A stretch of DNA of 64,000 bases from Candidatus Bathyarchaeia archaeon (GTDB lineage Archaea; Thermoproteota; Bathyarchaeia; Bathyarchaeales; Bathycorpusculaceae). This document shows, in pieces, positions 1 to 9,991 of this stretch. Where the stretch lies: the NCBI GenBank assembly GCA_038727135.1, contig JAVYWL010000001.1, positions 672,001 to 736,000 of the forward strand, given 5' to 3'. The translations under genes were made by a program, and so were the position numbers. Positions within the stretch are counted from its first letter, which is position 1; every line of letters starts with the position of its first letter. The notes beneath the pieces were generated by a model. It saw nothing but the letters and a program-made list of their open reading frames with translations. It made no database searches and was not told where the DNA came from.

Positions 1-703
1 TCATCCCAATAACAGGAACATCCTTGGCAAGACTCGCAGTGCTCCTAAACTTCTTCTCAAAGACAAGCTGATCATAAATTTCATCAGATATTACTGGAAT
101 GCCATGCTCAGCAGCTAAATCCAAAATTTGCCTCAAAATCTTCTCATCGTAGAGGGCACCACATGGATTGTTAGGGTTAATGATAACAATTGCGCGAGTC
201 TTGCTGGAAATTTTTCTCCTCAAATCGTCAACGTTCGGTTGCCAGCCCCGCTCCTCGACAGTCTCATATGTGACGGGCTTTCCCCCAAAAAACTTTGCAT
301 ACGAAATGTATGGTGGATATGTTGGACCAGGAAGAAGAACCTCATCCCCAGCATCAACAAGAGCAGCCATAACCATCTGAATGCCCTCAGAAATCCCAGA
401 CGTGACGATAACATCATCAGCTGAAATATCCACACCATTCAAACGCTTTTCCTTTTCACTAATGGCTTCTCTAAGCTCAGGCAAACCTTCAGAAGCAGAA
501 TAAGCATTCGTTCCACTCTTAACAGCATCAAACAAAGCTTGTTTAATGTGCTCCGGGGTGTCAAAATCAAAAGCCACAGGGTCCCCGATGTTCAAGTAAA
601 AAATTTTCTTACCGGTCTTCGCAAGTGCTCTGGCATACACGATCACATCACGGATGGCATATTCGATGGTACGGGCTCTATCAGTAACCCTCACATTAAC
701 CAA
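1..703 (-). CDS. PLP-dependent class I/II aminotransferase (alanine aminotransferase-like), runs off window start
   Basis: Not in ORF track. Manual translation from TTG at 703 gives RVTDRARTIEYAIRDV..LNIGDP..YSASEG..INPNNPCG..ISDEIY. GAGGTGGAGG SD at 711-720. Confidence 0.9.
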   Translation of the reverse strand, partial: MVNVRVTDRARTIEYAIRDVIVYARALAKTGKKIFYLNIGDPVAFDFDTPEHIKQALFDAVKSGTNAYSASEGLPELREAISEKEKRLNGVDISADDVIVTSGISEGIQMVMAALVDAGDEVLLPGPTYPPYISYAKFFGGKPVTYETVEERGWQPNVDDLRRKISSKTRAIVIINPNNPCGALYDEKILRQILDLAAEHGIPVISDEIYDQLVFEKKFRSTASLAKDVPVIGM

Positions 704-770
704 ACCCTTACCTCCACCTCTAGAGAAACAAGGCTTTGACTTTCAAAAGATAAAAGGCTTATGGGATGCT

Positions 771-2501
771 TTATGGGATATGATAAACCGATGATGTCCC
801 CACAGACTCATCTGTAAGAACGGTTATAACTATATCTTCGTTTGAGTATTTCTGCCAATCAAACGGACATAGAAGGGTAATTTCTTCACCAACATTGACT
901 GTTACCTGGTTTTTAGGAAGCACATACTCCAGCGTATTTGTCGCATTCCCGACTTTTATAACAATTTTTGACAATGTGAGGTTCCATAAAGAATAATCCA
1001 TATTTTTAATAGTCACGTTTAAATATTTCACCCCCGCGTCTTCAACGCAACCCACAGATGTAATGTTGAGTTCTGCCACTGGAAGAACGAAAGTAAAATC
1101 AAATGTATACTCTTTTAGCGACGTACTTGTCACAATATGCACCGTTAATGTTAAGTTCCTGTCGGTGGTGCTCACAAAACTTGCCCAATTAAAGTCGCAT
1201 GTAAATGTTATATGATCGCCAGGTGCAATTGGCCCGTATGGAAGCGATGGATCTACCTTTGTGCCGTTCAATATCACTCCTTTTGCAACAATTTTTGTCA
1301 CATTGATAGCTTCAAGCGATGAAACATGATTCTGAATCGTTATGTTAAGGTGTCCCCTATCCTTTAGATTAAAAACACTTGCTTTATTCAAAACCTCAAC
1401 AATTATTGGAGGCGGTGTGGTTGCATTAAATGACATCTCAAACCCCTGGAGAAAATAAGCTATAACCATAATTGTTCTATTTCTATACTCTTTCCATTCC
1501 CAATTAAAAATGAAAGTCCTTGTCATGTTTAGCATGATACCAGCTGAGCCGCACTCAAATGGGTCAAGATATGTTCCATTGTCTAGTCTACATCTTATTT
1601 TTGTAACGTTTACGTAGCTTGCAGATGCATCGGAGTTAAAAATTGTTACATTAAAGTGGCTTGTGTCTTCTTTGCTAAAATCCACACTTTTAATAAAGAC
1701 GCTAAACCCTTTGAGTTCAAATTCCTTTCTAAAGATATATCCCTGCTTTGTCTTGACTATAAGCGGAATTGTTGCTGAAACTCCTGACCAGGTGATGTTG
1801 ACCCTGAATTCTTGCGATCCGTTTTTTGGAATCGTGATGGGCTGTTCTTCAACATTTGGGCTTATTTCGGCGTCGATCACTCCCCAGATATCTATTCTCG
1901 TTACTGTTACGTTAACCTCTGATTGCGGGTCGCTTGTTAATGTAATATTGCATTTCTTAACAGATATCCTTGGGTCAAAGTTTAAATTTATATTTAGCTG
2001 AACAAAGGGAAGTTTTGTTCTTATATTTGCAGCTGTTGAGTCTAGAGAAAAAATGTGCACAATTATGCTTTTGCCAGCGAAACCAAATCTACCAATGAGT
2101 TCTCCAAGCGTAGCGTTTGTATTATCCTTCTTAATTTTTACGCACGTTATGTTTTTGGACTCGCCTATAGGAATCACTATTCCATTTTCCAGAGGTGGTC
2201 GTGTTTCAACGACGTCGTAAAGTTGTGTTTCTCCTTCGAGGCTTATTGCTATTTTGGATATTGTTGCGTCTGTCGGTGAATATGAAGGGTTTAGCACGTT
2301 GATGGTGAACTGATCAACGTTTTCTTTGTCTATGTAAACATCAGTTATTGTGAGGGCAGTCCCTTGTGGTTTTTTAGCGTAGTAGGCAATGGTGAAGGCG
2401 TATGAAACTATTCCGCCAACTATTGCTGAAATTATCATGAGAATTATAATCAAAAGGGTTGAAACTGCTTTAACATTTGTTCGCCATTTCATAATCCTCA
2501 C
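771..2501 (-). CDS. Large archaeal pilin-like surface protein with about 5 repeated beta-rich domains
   Basis: N-terminal KA/VSTLLIIILMIISAIVGG resembles a class III signal peptide; repeated N-x-T-I-x-N...(V/I)(T/S)KI units; many N-x-S/T sequons. Confidence 0.7.
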   Translation of the reverse strand: MRIMKWRTNVKAVSTLLIIILMIISAIVGGIVSYAFTIAYYAKKPQGTALTITDVYIDKENVDQFTINVLNPSYSPTDATISKIAISLEGETQLYDVVETRPPLENGIVIPIGESKNITCVKIKKDNTNATLGELIGRFGFAGKSIIVHIFSLDSTAANIRTKLPFVQLNINLNFDPRISVKKCNITLTSDPQSEVNVTVTRIDIWGVIDAEISPNVEEQPITIPKNGSQEFRVNITWSGVSATIPLIVKTKQGYIFRKEFELKGFSVFIKSVDFSKEDTSHFNVTIFNSDASASYVNVTKIRCRLDNGTYLDPFECGSAGIMLNMTRTFIFNWEWKEYRNRTIMVIAYFLQGFEMSFNATTPPPIIVEVLNKASVFNLKDRGHLNITIQNHVSSLEAINVTKIVAKGVILNGTKVDPSLPYGPIAPGDHITFTCDFNWASFVSTTDRNLTLTVHIVTSTSLKEYTFDFTFVLPVAELNITSVGCVEDAGVKYLNVTIKNMDYSLWNLTLSKIVIKVGNATNTLEYVLPKNQVTVNVGEEITLLCPFDWQKYSNEDIVITVLTDESVGTSSVYHIP

Positions 2502-2630
2502 GTTCCCAAGCTTTCTAGACTCATATTCCTTTGAAATAGATAAACATTCCTTTTAGGCGATTTCCAAAGGCAAATTTATAATACATGTTTTGACCGTTCT
2601 TAAAATTCTGCACGTCCCTGAGGGAGTCTT

Positions 2631-3917
2631 GTGGCCGAATACGACGCGGTTATAGTTGGGGCAGGCGTTATCGGCTTATCAACTGCTTATCATATTAAGA
2701 GGCAAAATCCAGGTTTGAGAATTTTAGTTGTTGATAAGTTTAGTGCGGCGGGGCAGGGAAGCACTGCAAAGAGCATGTCCGCATTCCGCTGTTTGTTCTC
2801 TTCTCCAATAAATTATGTTCTTTCCGACTCTTCTGTTGACTTTTATAATTATGTGCAAACGGGACTTGGCGTTGACTTAAAATTGTTTTTTGTGGGATAT
2901 TTGTGGCTTTTAGGGGAAGATGATTTTGCGGAGATGGCTCCAATTTTGAAAGAGTTAGCAGCCAAAGGCCTAAAATATAGAGAGTATGAAGCTGAAGAAC
3001 TCGTCAAGCCGCTTGGCTTGAATATATGTCTGTGTGGCGATGAAGAAGCCGAGCTTATGGGACTGAAGGATGTTTATAAGGGAATTTTTATTCCGAAGGC
3101 GGGGATTATTGATGCTGACTGCATTGTTAAATTTTATGAGGAAGAATTTTTGCGACTTGGCGGAGAGATTCGCTATAGCGTTAAGGTCCAAGATTTGATA
3201 GTTGAGGCGTGCAAACCCCTTGGGATAGCTGGAGAACCATTTTTCTGGCAAGAGTCGAGAGTGGCGGGTGTAAAAACAGATTCAGGAGTGATCAAAGCGA
3301 GGAAAACAATTTTAGCGGCAGGTGCTTGGCTTTCTCAACTTTTAGATGGTGTTGGAATTGAGTGTTTTATAAAGCCTAAAAAAAGGCAGGTTTTTGCTGT
3401 GGAAGCCAAAAATCCCCTTTTAAGGCGCTTGCTTTTCGCAGAAGGTTTTAATCCCGTCGGCTGCTTGCCCTTTACCATTTTGCCTAAACCTAGAGTTTTA
3501 ATAAGGCCATTTCCTACGGAGAGGGTTTTTTGGCTTAGTTATGCTGATGATTTTCCAAGGGCTTTTAAGCTTGAGGATGACCCTCAGCCTGAGAAAAACT
3601 TCTATCAGTATGGGATATATCAAGTTCTTGTGAAGTATTTTCCCCAGTTTAGGGATTGCCGTCCATATTCTGCTTTTGCTGGGCTTTATGAGATTAACAC
3701 CTTGGATGGGCATCCGGTGATTTTTGAGGAGAAGGATTTAATTGTCGTTGGCGGTGCCAGTGGAAGTGGTATTATGAAGGCGGATGCTATTGGTAGAATA
3801 GCTGCAGCCCTTTATAATGGCGAGGAGTATGCGCTTCTTTTTGGTGATAGAAAATTTAAAGTCAGTGATTTAAGCATAAAGGGAAGATGTGTTGAGCCTG
3901 AAAGGCTGCAAATTTAG
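2631..3917 (+). CDS. FAD-dependent oxidoreductase, DAO/sarcosine oxidase/proline dehydrogenase beta family
   Basis: VIVGAGVIG Rossmann motif, ILAAGAW, C-terminal GASGSGIMKADAIG. Confidence 0.85.
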   Translation: MAEYDAVIVGAGVIGLSTAYHIKRQNPGLRILVVDKFSAAGQGSTAKSMSAFRCLFSSPINYVLSDSSVDFYNYVQTGLGVDLKLFFVGYLWLLGEDDFAEMAPILKELAAKGLKYREYEAEELVKPLGLNICLCGDEEAELMGLKDVYKGIFIPKAGIIDADCIVKFYEEEFLRLGGEIRYSVKVQDLIVEACKPLGIAGEPFFWQESRVAGVKTDSGVIKARKTILAAGAWLSQLLDGVGIECFIKPKKRQVFAVEAKNPLLRRLLFAEGFNPVGCLPFTILPKPRVLIRPFPTERVFWLSYADDFPRAFKLEDDPQPEKNFYQYGIYQVLVKYFPQFRDCRPYSAFAGLYEINTLDGHPVIFEEKDLIVVGGASGSGIMKADAIGRIAAALYNGEEYALLFGDRKFKVSDLSIKGRCVEPERLQI

Positions 3918-3990
3918 TGGTTTCGAACAGTGAATTTTATTAACAGTGAGATGTGATACGGTATGCTGTCTGTGTTAAAGATGATGCGTT

Positions 3991-5823
3991 ATGTATGGTT
4001 GGAATGGTAAATTCTTAAGGATTAACTTAACTAAACAGAAGGCTGTTATTAAAGAGTATGATTCTGTGTTTGCGAGGAATTTTCTTGGAGGCAGAGGGTT
4101 TGCCGCCAAAATTTTGTGGGATGAATTAAAACCCGGTGTAGATCCTTTTTCGCCGGAGAATAGGCTGATATTTGCAGCGGGACCTTTAACTGGTTTTGCT
4201 TTACCAAGCAGTGGAAAAATGGTTGTTGCAGCTAAAAGCCCACTAACAAGCGGCTATGGCGATGGAAATATTGGAACTTACGCCGCTGTTCAACTGCGCA
4301 AAGCGGGTTATGATGCAGTAATCATTGAAGGGAAGGCTGAAGGACCAACCGTTCTACTCATTGAAGACAATATGATAGAGTTTTTGGACGCAGAGGAACT
4401 TTGGGGTCTAAATGCTTTCGAAACCGAAGACAGATTGCGAGGCACTTATGGAACGACCGCTGGAATCCTTGTAATCGGGCAAGGCGGCGAAAACCTTGTG
4501 CGGTTTGCTAACATTGTCTCTCAGAAGGGGCGGGGCGGCGGGAGATCCGGAATGGGTGCTGTTATGGGTTCTAAGAACCTTAAAGCCGTTGTTATAGTTG
4601 GCAGTGGTGAATTACAAGCTGCTTATCCTAAGGATTTGAAGGAGCTCGGTGCAGAAGCGTATAGGGAGGTTTTGACGAAGCCGAATTATGCCTTCTGGAA
4701 ACGTCAAGGTACTATGATGGTGATTGAGTGGAGCCAGGAAAACAGCGTACTACCCACATACAATTTTAGTGAGGGGGTTTTTGAGGATGGGGAGGCTATA
4801 GGCGGCTTTTTTATGGAGAAGATTAAGTCTTCCCAAAAGGGGTGTCCCAACTGTAACATGACATGCGGCAACGTTGTTAAGGACGCTGACCGCAAAGAGT
4901 CTGAACTTGACTATGAGAATGTCGCCATGCTGGGTTCCAACATTGGCGTCGGCGATTTGAAAAAGGTTGCAGTTCTTAATAGGTTGGCTGATGAATTCGG
5001 CTTGGATACGATTTCGCTTGGCAATGCTATTGGCTTCGCTATGGAGGCTTCTGAAAATGGGTTGATTAGCGAAAAGATTCCATGGGGAAATTATAAGGCT
5101 GCTAGGGCTTTGATTGAGGATATTGCCTATAAGCGTGGTATTGGTGCAACTCTTGCGGAAGGTGTACGTTTTGCAGCTGAAAAAATTGGAGGGAATTCAA
5201 GCCGCTGGGCTATGCATGTTAAAGGATTAGAGATTTCAGCTTATGACTGCCATGCTGCGCCGGCGATGGCTCTTTCATATGCCACCAGCCCCATCGGGGC
5301 TCATCATAAAGATGCGTGGATAATATCTTGGGAAGTTAAAGTTGGTAGAGGGCGATACAGTGAAGAAAAAGTTGACAAAGTTATCGAGTTACAACGCATT
5401 CGAGGAGGCTTTTTCGAGTGTGCCACTGTTTGCAGGTTTCCATGGGTTGAGCTTGGCTTTGAGCTTGAATGGTACCCAAAGTTTTTGCACGCTGTAACAG
5501 GCTTTGAGATTAGCTGGGACGAGCTAAACCTAATAGCTGACAGAGTTTACAACTTGATTCGAGCGTTTTGGATACGGGAGTACGGCAGGAACTGGAGTCG
5601 GGAAATGGACTTTCCGCCAGCTAGATGGTTTGAGGAACCGCTAACAAAGGGAAATTTGAAAGGTGCAAAGCTTGACAGGGCGAAGTATGAGGTTATGCTC
5701 AATATGTACTATCGAAAAAGAGGATGGGATGAAAGGGGGATTCCAACAAAAACTACCCTTGAGAAGCTTGGTTTAAAGGATGTTGCTAAACAACTTAAGA
5801 AACGTGTTAAACTGTGGGAGTGA
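3991..5823 (+). CDS. aor: Tungsten-containing aldehyde:ferredoxin oxidoreductase family protein
   Basis: KSPLT, GRSGMGAVMGSKNLKAV, CxxCxxxC, DEFGLDTIS, YYRKRGWDERGIP. Confidence 0.92.
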   Translation: MYGWNGKFLRINLTKQKAVIKEYDSVFARNFLGGRGFAAKILWDELKPGVDPFSPENRLIFAAGPLTGFALPSSGKMVVAAKSPLTSGYGDGNIGTYAAVQLRKAGYDAVIIEGKAEGPTVLLIEDNMIEFLDAEELWGLNAFETEDRLRGTYGTTAGILVIGQGGENLVRFANIVSQKGRGGGRSGMGAVMGSKNLKAVVIVGSGELQAAYPKDLKELGAEAYREVLTKPNYAFWKRQGTMMVIEWSQENSVLPTYNFSEGVFEDGEAIGGFFMEKIKSSQKGCPNCNMTCGNVVKDADRKESELDYENVAMLGSNIGVGDLKKVAVLNRLADEFGLDTISLGNAIGFAMEASENGLISEKIPWGNYKAARALIEDIAYKRGIGATLAEGVRFAAEKIGGNSSRWAMHVKGLEISAYDCHAAPAMALSYATSPIGAHHKDAWIISWEVKVGRGRYSEEKVDKVIELQRIRGGFFECATVCRFPWVELGFELEWYPKFLHAVTGFEISWDELNLIADRVYNLIRAFWIREYGRNWSREMDFPPARWFEEPLTKGNLKGAKLDRAKYEVMLNMYYRKRGWDERGIPTKTTLEKLGLKDVAKQLKKRVKLWE

Positions 5824-5848
5824 AAAACGACAAACGGTCGACTTAACG

Positions 5849-7291
5849 CTAGTATGATTTGGCAAAGTAAACGACTTCTTTCGCCTCTTTACTGCAATAG
5901 ATGCAGTTGGAGAACGGCTCTTCCCTTTCAAACGGGATAAGCCTAATGGTCGCGGTTGTCTCCTCCTTTATTTTTTCCTCGCATTCTCGGCTGCCGCACC
6001 AACAAGCCTTTATGAACCCACCCTTCCCTTTTAAGACCTGCTTGAATTCCTCGTAATTTTTTACCGGTGTTATCATTTCTTCCAAGAACTTTTTGGCTTT
6101 GTTAAATAGGTTGCTTTGAATAGCCTCTAAAAGTTGCTGCACCGTTTCAATAAGTTTTTCCTCCTTTACGACTTGTTTTTCGAAGGTGTCTCTTCTGGCA
6201 ATCGTTACTTGTCCCTGTTTCACATCTCTTGGTCCTATCTCGATTCGCAGTGGCACGCCTTTTAGTTCCCAATCGTTAAATTTCCATCCGGGAGTGTACT
6301 CTTTCCTATCATCTAGGATTGTGGAAATTCCCGCTTTTTGCAGTTTTTCGTGGGCTTCCCTCGCTTTTGTCAGTATTGTGCTTGTGTCCGCATCTTTATA
6401 TGGTATAGGGATTATAACAGCTTGTATTGGAGCTATTTTTGGCGGTAGGACCAGTCCCTTGTCGTCTCCGTGGACCATTACCAGTGCGCCTATAACTCGT
6501 GTTGATATGCCCCATGAAGTTTGCCAAACGTAATGCTCCTTTTCGTCTTCGCCTATGAATTTAATGTTGAAAACTTTTGAGAAGTTTTGCCCAAGATTAT
6601 GCGATGTGCCCATTTGTAGTGCTCTGCCGTCGGGCATTATTGCCTCCAAAGTTGTTGTGTAAAGGGCTCCGGCAAACTTCTCGCTTTCAGTCTTTCTGCC
6701 AATAAGCACGGGGATGGCTAAATAATTCTCCATCAGGTCTTTGTATTCGTTGAGGATTTCCATGACTTCTTTATCTGCCTCCTCCTTTGTCGCGTGGGCT
6801 GTGTGTCCCTCCTGCCACAAGAACTCCCTAGTTCTGAGGAAAAGTTTGGTGGCTTTTGTTTCCCACCTTACGACACTGCACCACTGGTTCAGCTTGATTG
6901 GTAGATCTCTCCAGCTTCTAATCCATTTTGCGTATGTTGCATAAATTATGGTTTCAGATGTTGGTCTTATGGCGAGCTTTTCTTCTAGTGGTGTGTCGCC
7001 ACCTATAGTAACCCACGCGACTTCTGGCACAAATCCTGCAAAGTGTTCTGCCTCTTTCCTTAGGAAGCTTTCGGGTATGAAGAGGGGGAAGTACACGTTT
7101 TTGTGTCCTGTTTTTTTTATTTTTGCATTGAAGATTTCTTGGATTTTTTCCCATATGGCGTATGAGAGCTCTCTGAAAATCATGCATCCCTTTATTGGCG
7201 CGTAGTCTGCAAGACCGGATTTCAACACGACTTGGGTGTACCATTCGGAAAAGTCTTCAGACTTTTTGACAGTTATTCCTAGATCTGACAT
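5849..7291 (-). CDS. proS: Proline--tRNA ligase, archaeal/eukaryotic type
   Basis: FSEWY, RPTSET, FLRTREFLWQEGHT, QTSWG, PGWKF, C-terminal Cys cluster and FAKSY. Confidence 0.97.
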   Translation of the reverse strand: MSDLGITVKKSEDFSEWYTQVVLKSGLADYAPIKGCMIFRELSYAIWEKIQEIFNAKIKKTGHKNVYFPLFIPESFLRKEAEHFAGFVPEVAWVTIGGDTPLEEKLAIRPTSETIIYATYAKWIRSWRDLPIKLNQWCSVVRWETKATKLFLRTREFLWQEGHTAHATKEEADKEVMEILNEYKDLMENYLAIPVLIGRKTESEKFAGALYTTTLEAIMPDGRALQMGTSHNLGQNFSKVFNIKFIGEDEKEHYVWQTSWGISTRVIGALVMVHGDDKGLVLPPKIAPIQAVIIPIPYKDADTSTILTKAREAHEKLQKAGISTILDDRKEYTPGWKFNDWELKGVPLRIEIGPRDVKQGQVTIARRDTFEKQVVKEEKLIETVQQLLEAIQSNLFNKAKKFLEEMITPVKNYEEFKQVLKGKGGFIKACWCGSRECEEKIKEETTATIRLIPFEREEPFSNCIYCSKEAKEVVYFAKSY

Positions 7292-7336
7292 TTCATCCTC
7301 TCCTTTGCTTTTGGTTGTTTGTTGAATATAATTCTA

Positions 7337-7421
7337 ATGCGGGGGCTGGTCTCTATGCTAGGCGTTTTCTGAAGAAGTTTAGCAAAGTGGAACGTGATCG
7401 CCCATTTCCAACCACTCGCAT
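7337..7421 (-). promoter_or_regulatory. Candidate structured 5' leader of proS (three-way junction; overlaps a 22-codon uORF)
   Basis: AUGCG-AGU-GGUUGG pairs with CCAGCC-CC-CGCAU and encloses two hairpins; TTTAAATA TATA box at 7441-7448. Confidence 0.35.
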
Positions 7422-7532
7422 CCTAAAAATGCAATCAAATTATTTAAAGTTTCTTTCGATAAGCAGAAACCAACAATAAGCGTTTTAACCAATAACGGAC
7501 AACATTAAAGACCAAGAGTGTATTGAAGGCTG

Positions 7533-8777
7533 GTGAGGTTGAAAGTTCTCCTCCTGATCGGAGATGGAATGGCTGACAGACCATTAAAAGAGCTAGGCTG
7601 GAAAACCCCGCTGGAGGCTGCCCGCAAACCCTCAATGAATCACATGGCGAGTGTTGGAATCTGCGGAATAATGGATCCAATAGCACCTGGAATTCCGCCG
7701 GGAAGCGACACTGCTACGCTTGCACTTTTGGGTTACGACGCTTTTGAAGTTTATTCAGGTAGGGGTGCCTTTGAAGCGTTAGGTTCTGGAATAGATGTCA
7801 TGGAGGGAGACGTGTGTTTTAGGTGCAACTTTGCAACAGTGAATGAGGACTTTGTGGTTTTAGATAGAAGAGCTGGTAGAATAGCCAACTCTGACGCTTC
7901 TAAACTTGCTGAAAGCCTCAAAAAGGTCAAACTTTTAGATTCTTCTGTCAAATTTCTGTTCACTAATACCATTCAGCATCGTGCGGTTCTTGTTTTACGC
8001 GGTTCAAAACTTTCGCGAGCCGTTAGCGACTCCGACCCTGGTGTTACTAGAGAAAAAGTTTTGGAAGTTAAACCGTTAGACGATAGTTCTGAGGCAAAGT
8101 ATACAGCTGAAATCCTCAATGAGCTTATGGAGAAATTCCACGAGGTTCTAAAAGAGCATCCAATAAATAAGGAAAGAGTTGCACATGGACTACCGCCGGC
8201 AAACATTATTCTAATCAGAGGGGCTGGTACCCTGCCGAAAATTAGACCGCTCGGTGAGATTTATGGTGTTAAGGCTGCGTGTGTAGCTGTAACCTCGCTG
8301 ATTCGTGGTGTATGTAGGGCTGCTGGCATGCAGCTAATAACTGTTGAGGGTGCCACTGGAACGCCGCAGACAGATTACATTGCCAAGGCGAAGACTGCTG
8401 TTCAAGCATTAAAAGAAAATGATCTGGTTTTGTTACATGTAAAGGCTCCGGATGTTACCAGCCATGATAGGAATGTTAGGCAGAAGGTTGAGGTTATCGA
8501 GAAAATTGACCGAATGCTTTCTTACATACTTAACAAGGTTGATTTAGGCGAAACTTATGTGGCTTTGACCGCTGACCACACAACATCATGTGTAACAGGT
8601 AATCATGAAGGCGACCCGGTTCCAGTGGTCATAATGGGTCCGTACGTGCGTAGCGACGACGTTGAAGAATTTAGTGAGAGAGCATGCGCAAAGGGCAGTT
8701 TGGGAAGGATTAGAGGAAAAGACTTGATGCCAATCTTGATGAATTTCATCGGGAAGGTTAAAAAGTTCGGCGCCTAA
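7533..8777 (+). CDS. apgM: 2,3-bisphosphoglycerate-independent phosphoglycerate mutase
   Basis: IGDGMADRP, TPLEAA, PGSD, GRGAFEA, DRRAGRI, TADHTT. Confidence 0.95.
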   Translation: MRLKVLLLIGDGMADRPLKELGWKTPLEAARKPSMNHMASVGICGIMDPIAPGIPPGSDTATLALLGYDAFEVYSGRGAFEALGSGIDVMEGDVCFRCNFATVNEDFVVLDRRAGRIANSDASKLAESLKKVKLLDSSVKFLFTNTIQHRAVLVLRGSKLSRAVSDSDPGVTREKVLEVKPLDDSSEAKYTAEILNELMEKFHEVLKEHPINKERVAHGLPPANIILIRGAGTLPKIRPLGEIYGVKAACVAVTSLIRGVCRAAGMQLITVEGATGTPQTDYIAKAKTAVQALKENDLVLLHVKAPDVTSHDRNVRQKVEVIEKIDRMLSYILNKVDLGETYVALTADHTTSCVTGNHEGDPVPVVIMGPYVRSDDVEEFSERACAKGSLGRIRGKDLMPILMNFIGKVKKFGA

Positions 8778-8778
8778 A

Positions 8779-9915
8779 CTATTGCACTGGCATGAGGCGC
8801 CATTCTCGATAGTCCGTAATCACTTTGATATATCCTCTAAGCATGTTGTCTGTTTCAACGTCTCCGGTGTCAACCCTTAAAATTCCGCCTTCTATATCGC
8901 GGAGCTTACTCTTTGTTGCCGCGACGATTATCTTGTTTTTTCCAACACGTTTTATGATTTCTGGGCTTATTTGCTGGTTTCCTCTGCCTAAAAGGATGCC
9001 TTGTCTCCCTATTGGCGACAAAATTATCCAAGTGTTCTGCCAGTCTTCCACGTTTTCTAAAATCTTCTTCTCGTCTACGTCCAATATGACTTTGCCATTT
9101 TTGTAAATGTCAACACCCAGCACTGTTTTTGGGACTTTAAGCAGTTTGGCTACACATTTCACGGTTGTTCCTGGTCCAAGGATGTAGGTGGCGTTGGGCT
9201 GCATTTCCTCAACTATTGATTTGGCTATTGCCATCTGATTCTCTTTTTCGTCAACTGTTTCTGGGCTAACCTGTTTGCTTCCTTGAATCCTTAAGGGAAG
9301 GAAAGGTCCTTTCAAAAAACCATAAAGCCTAACCGCGAAAGTGTCGCTTCTAATAGCAGTTTCATCGGCATCCATAACCTCAAACTCAGTTGTTTCCGCC
9401 TCGCCCCTAGCATAGGCTAAGACAACTTCAACGGCGTCTGAAAGGTTAACGGCAAAAACGCCACTGTACATTTTCACGCCTGAAGGAATTCCTAAAACCG
9501 GCAATTCAACACCCTTCGTTTTCATTGCATCTAGAATATCCTTCGCCGTACCATCTCCACCAACAAATACTATCAAGTCTACTTTTTTGTCTGCCAAAAG
9601 CTCCACAGCCCTTTTTGTATCTTCTGCCGTTGTCTTTGCTTCGATTTCCATGGGCAAAATTTCCACAGGAACGCTAGCTTCTTTTGCTTCCTCCTCGCCC
9701 ATAACCCCGGGACATGTTATTATCTTAATGAAGTTTCCATGAGTGTTTTCCTTAAGTTCTTGGAGGAACTCAACAGCCCTTTTTGGAGATACCGGTTTAG
9801 CCCCTCTTGCAATAGCCTCCTCTAAAACACCATCAGTTCCCTTAAGCCCAACTCTCCCGCCCATGCCAGCAATCGGATTAACAATAAAGCCCATCTTCAT
9901 AATTATCGAATACAA
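8779..9915 (-). CDS. ATP-NAD kinase family protein
   Basis: VNPIAGMGG, GGDGTA, GIPSGVKMYSGVFA, GRGNQQ. Confidence 0.85.
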   Translation of the reverse strand: MYSIIMKMGFIVNPIAGMGGRVGLKGTDGVLEEAIARGAKPVSPKRAVEFLQELKENTHGNFIKIITCPGVMGEEEAKEASVPVEILPMEIEAKTTAEDTKRAVELLADKKVDLIVFVGGDGTAKDILDAMKTKGVELPVLGIPSGVKMYSGVFAVNLSDAVEVVLAYARGEAETTEFEVMDADETAIRSDTFAVRLYGFLKGPFLPLRIQGSKQVSPETVDEKENQMAIAKSIVEEMQPNATYILGPGTTVKCVAKLLKVPKTVLGVDIYKNGKVILDVDEKKILENVEDWQNTWIILSPIGRQGILLGRGNQQISPEIIKRVGKNKIIVAATKSKLRDIEGGILRVDTGDVETDNMLRGYIKVITDYREWRLMPVQ

Positions 9916-9991
9916 AGTTTTCGATGGCTACCTATAAACCATTTTCCGCAAATGACTTAAGCATTAAACACCAAGAGGTTTAACGAGAATA

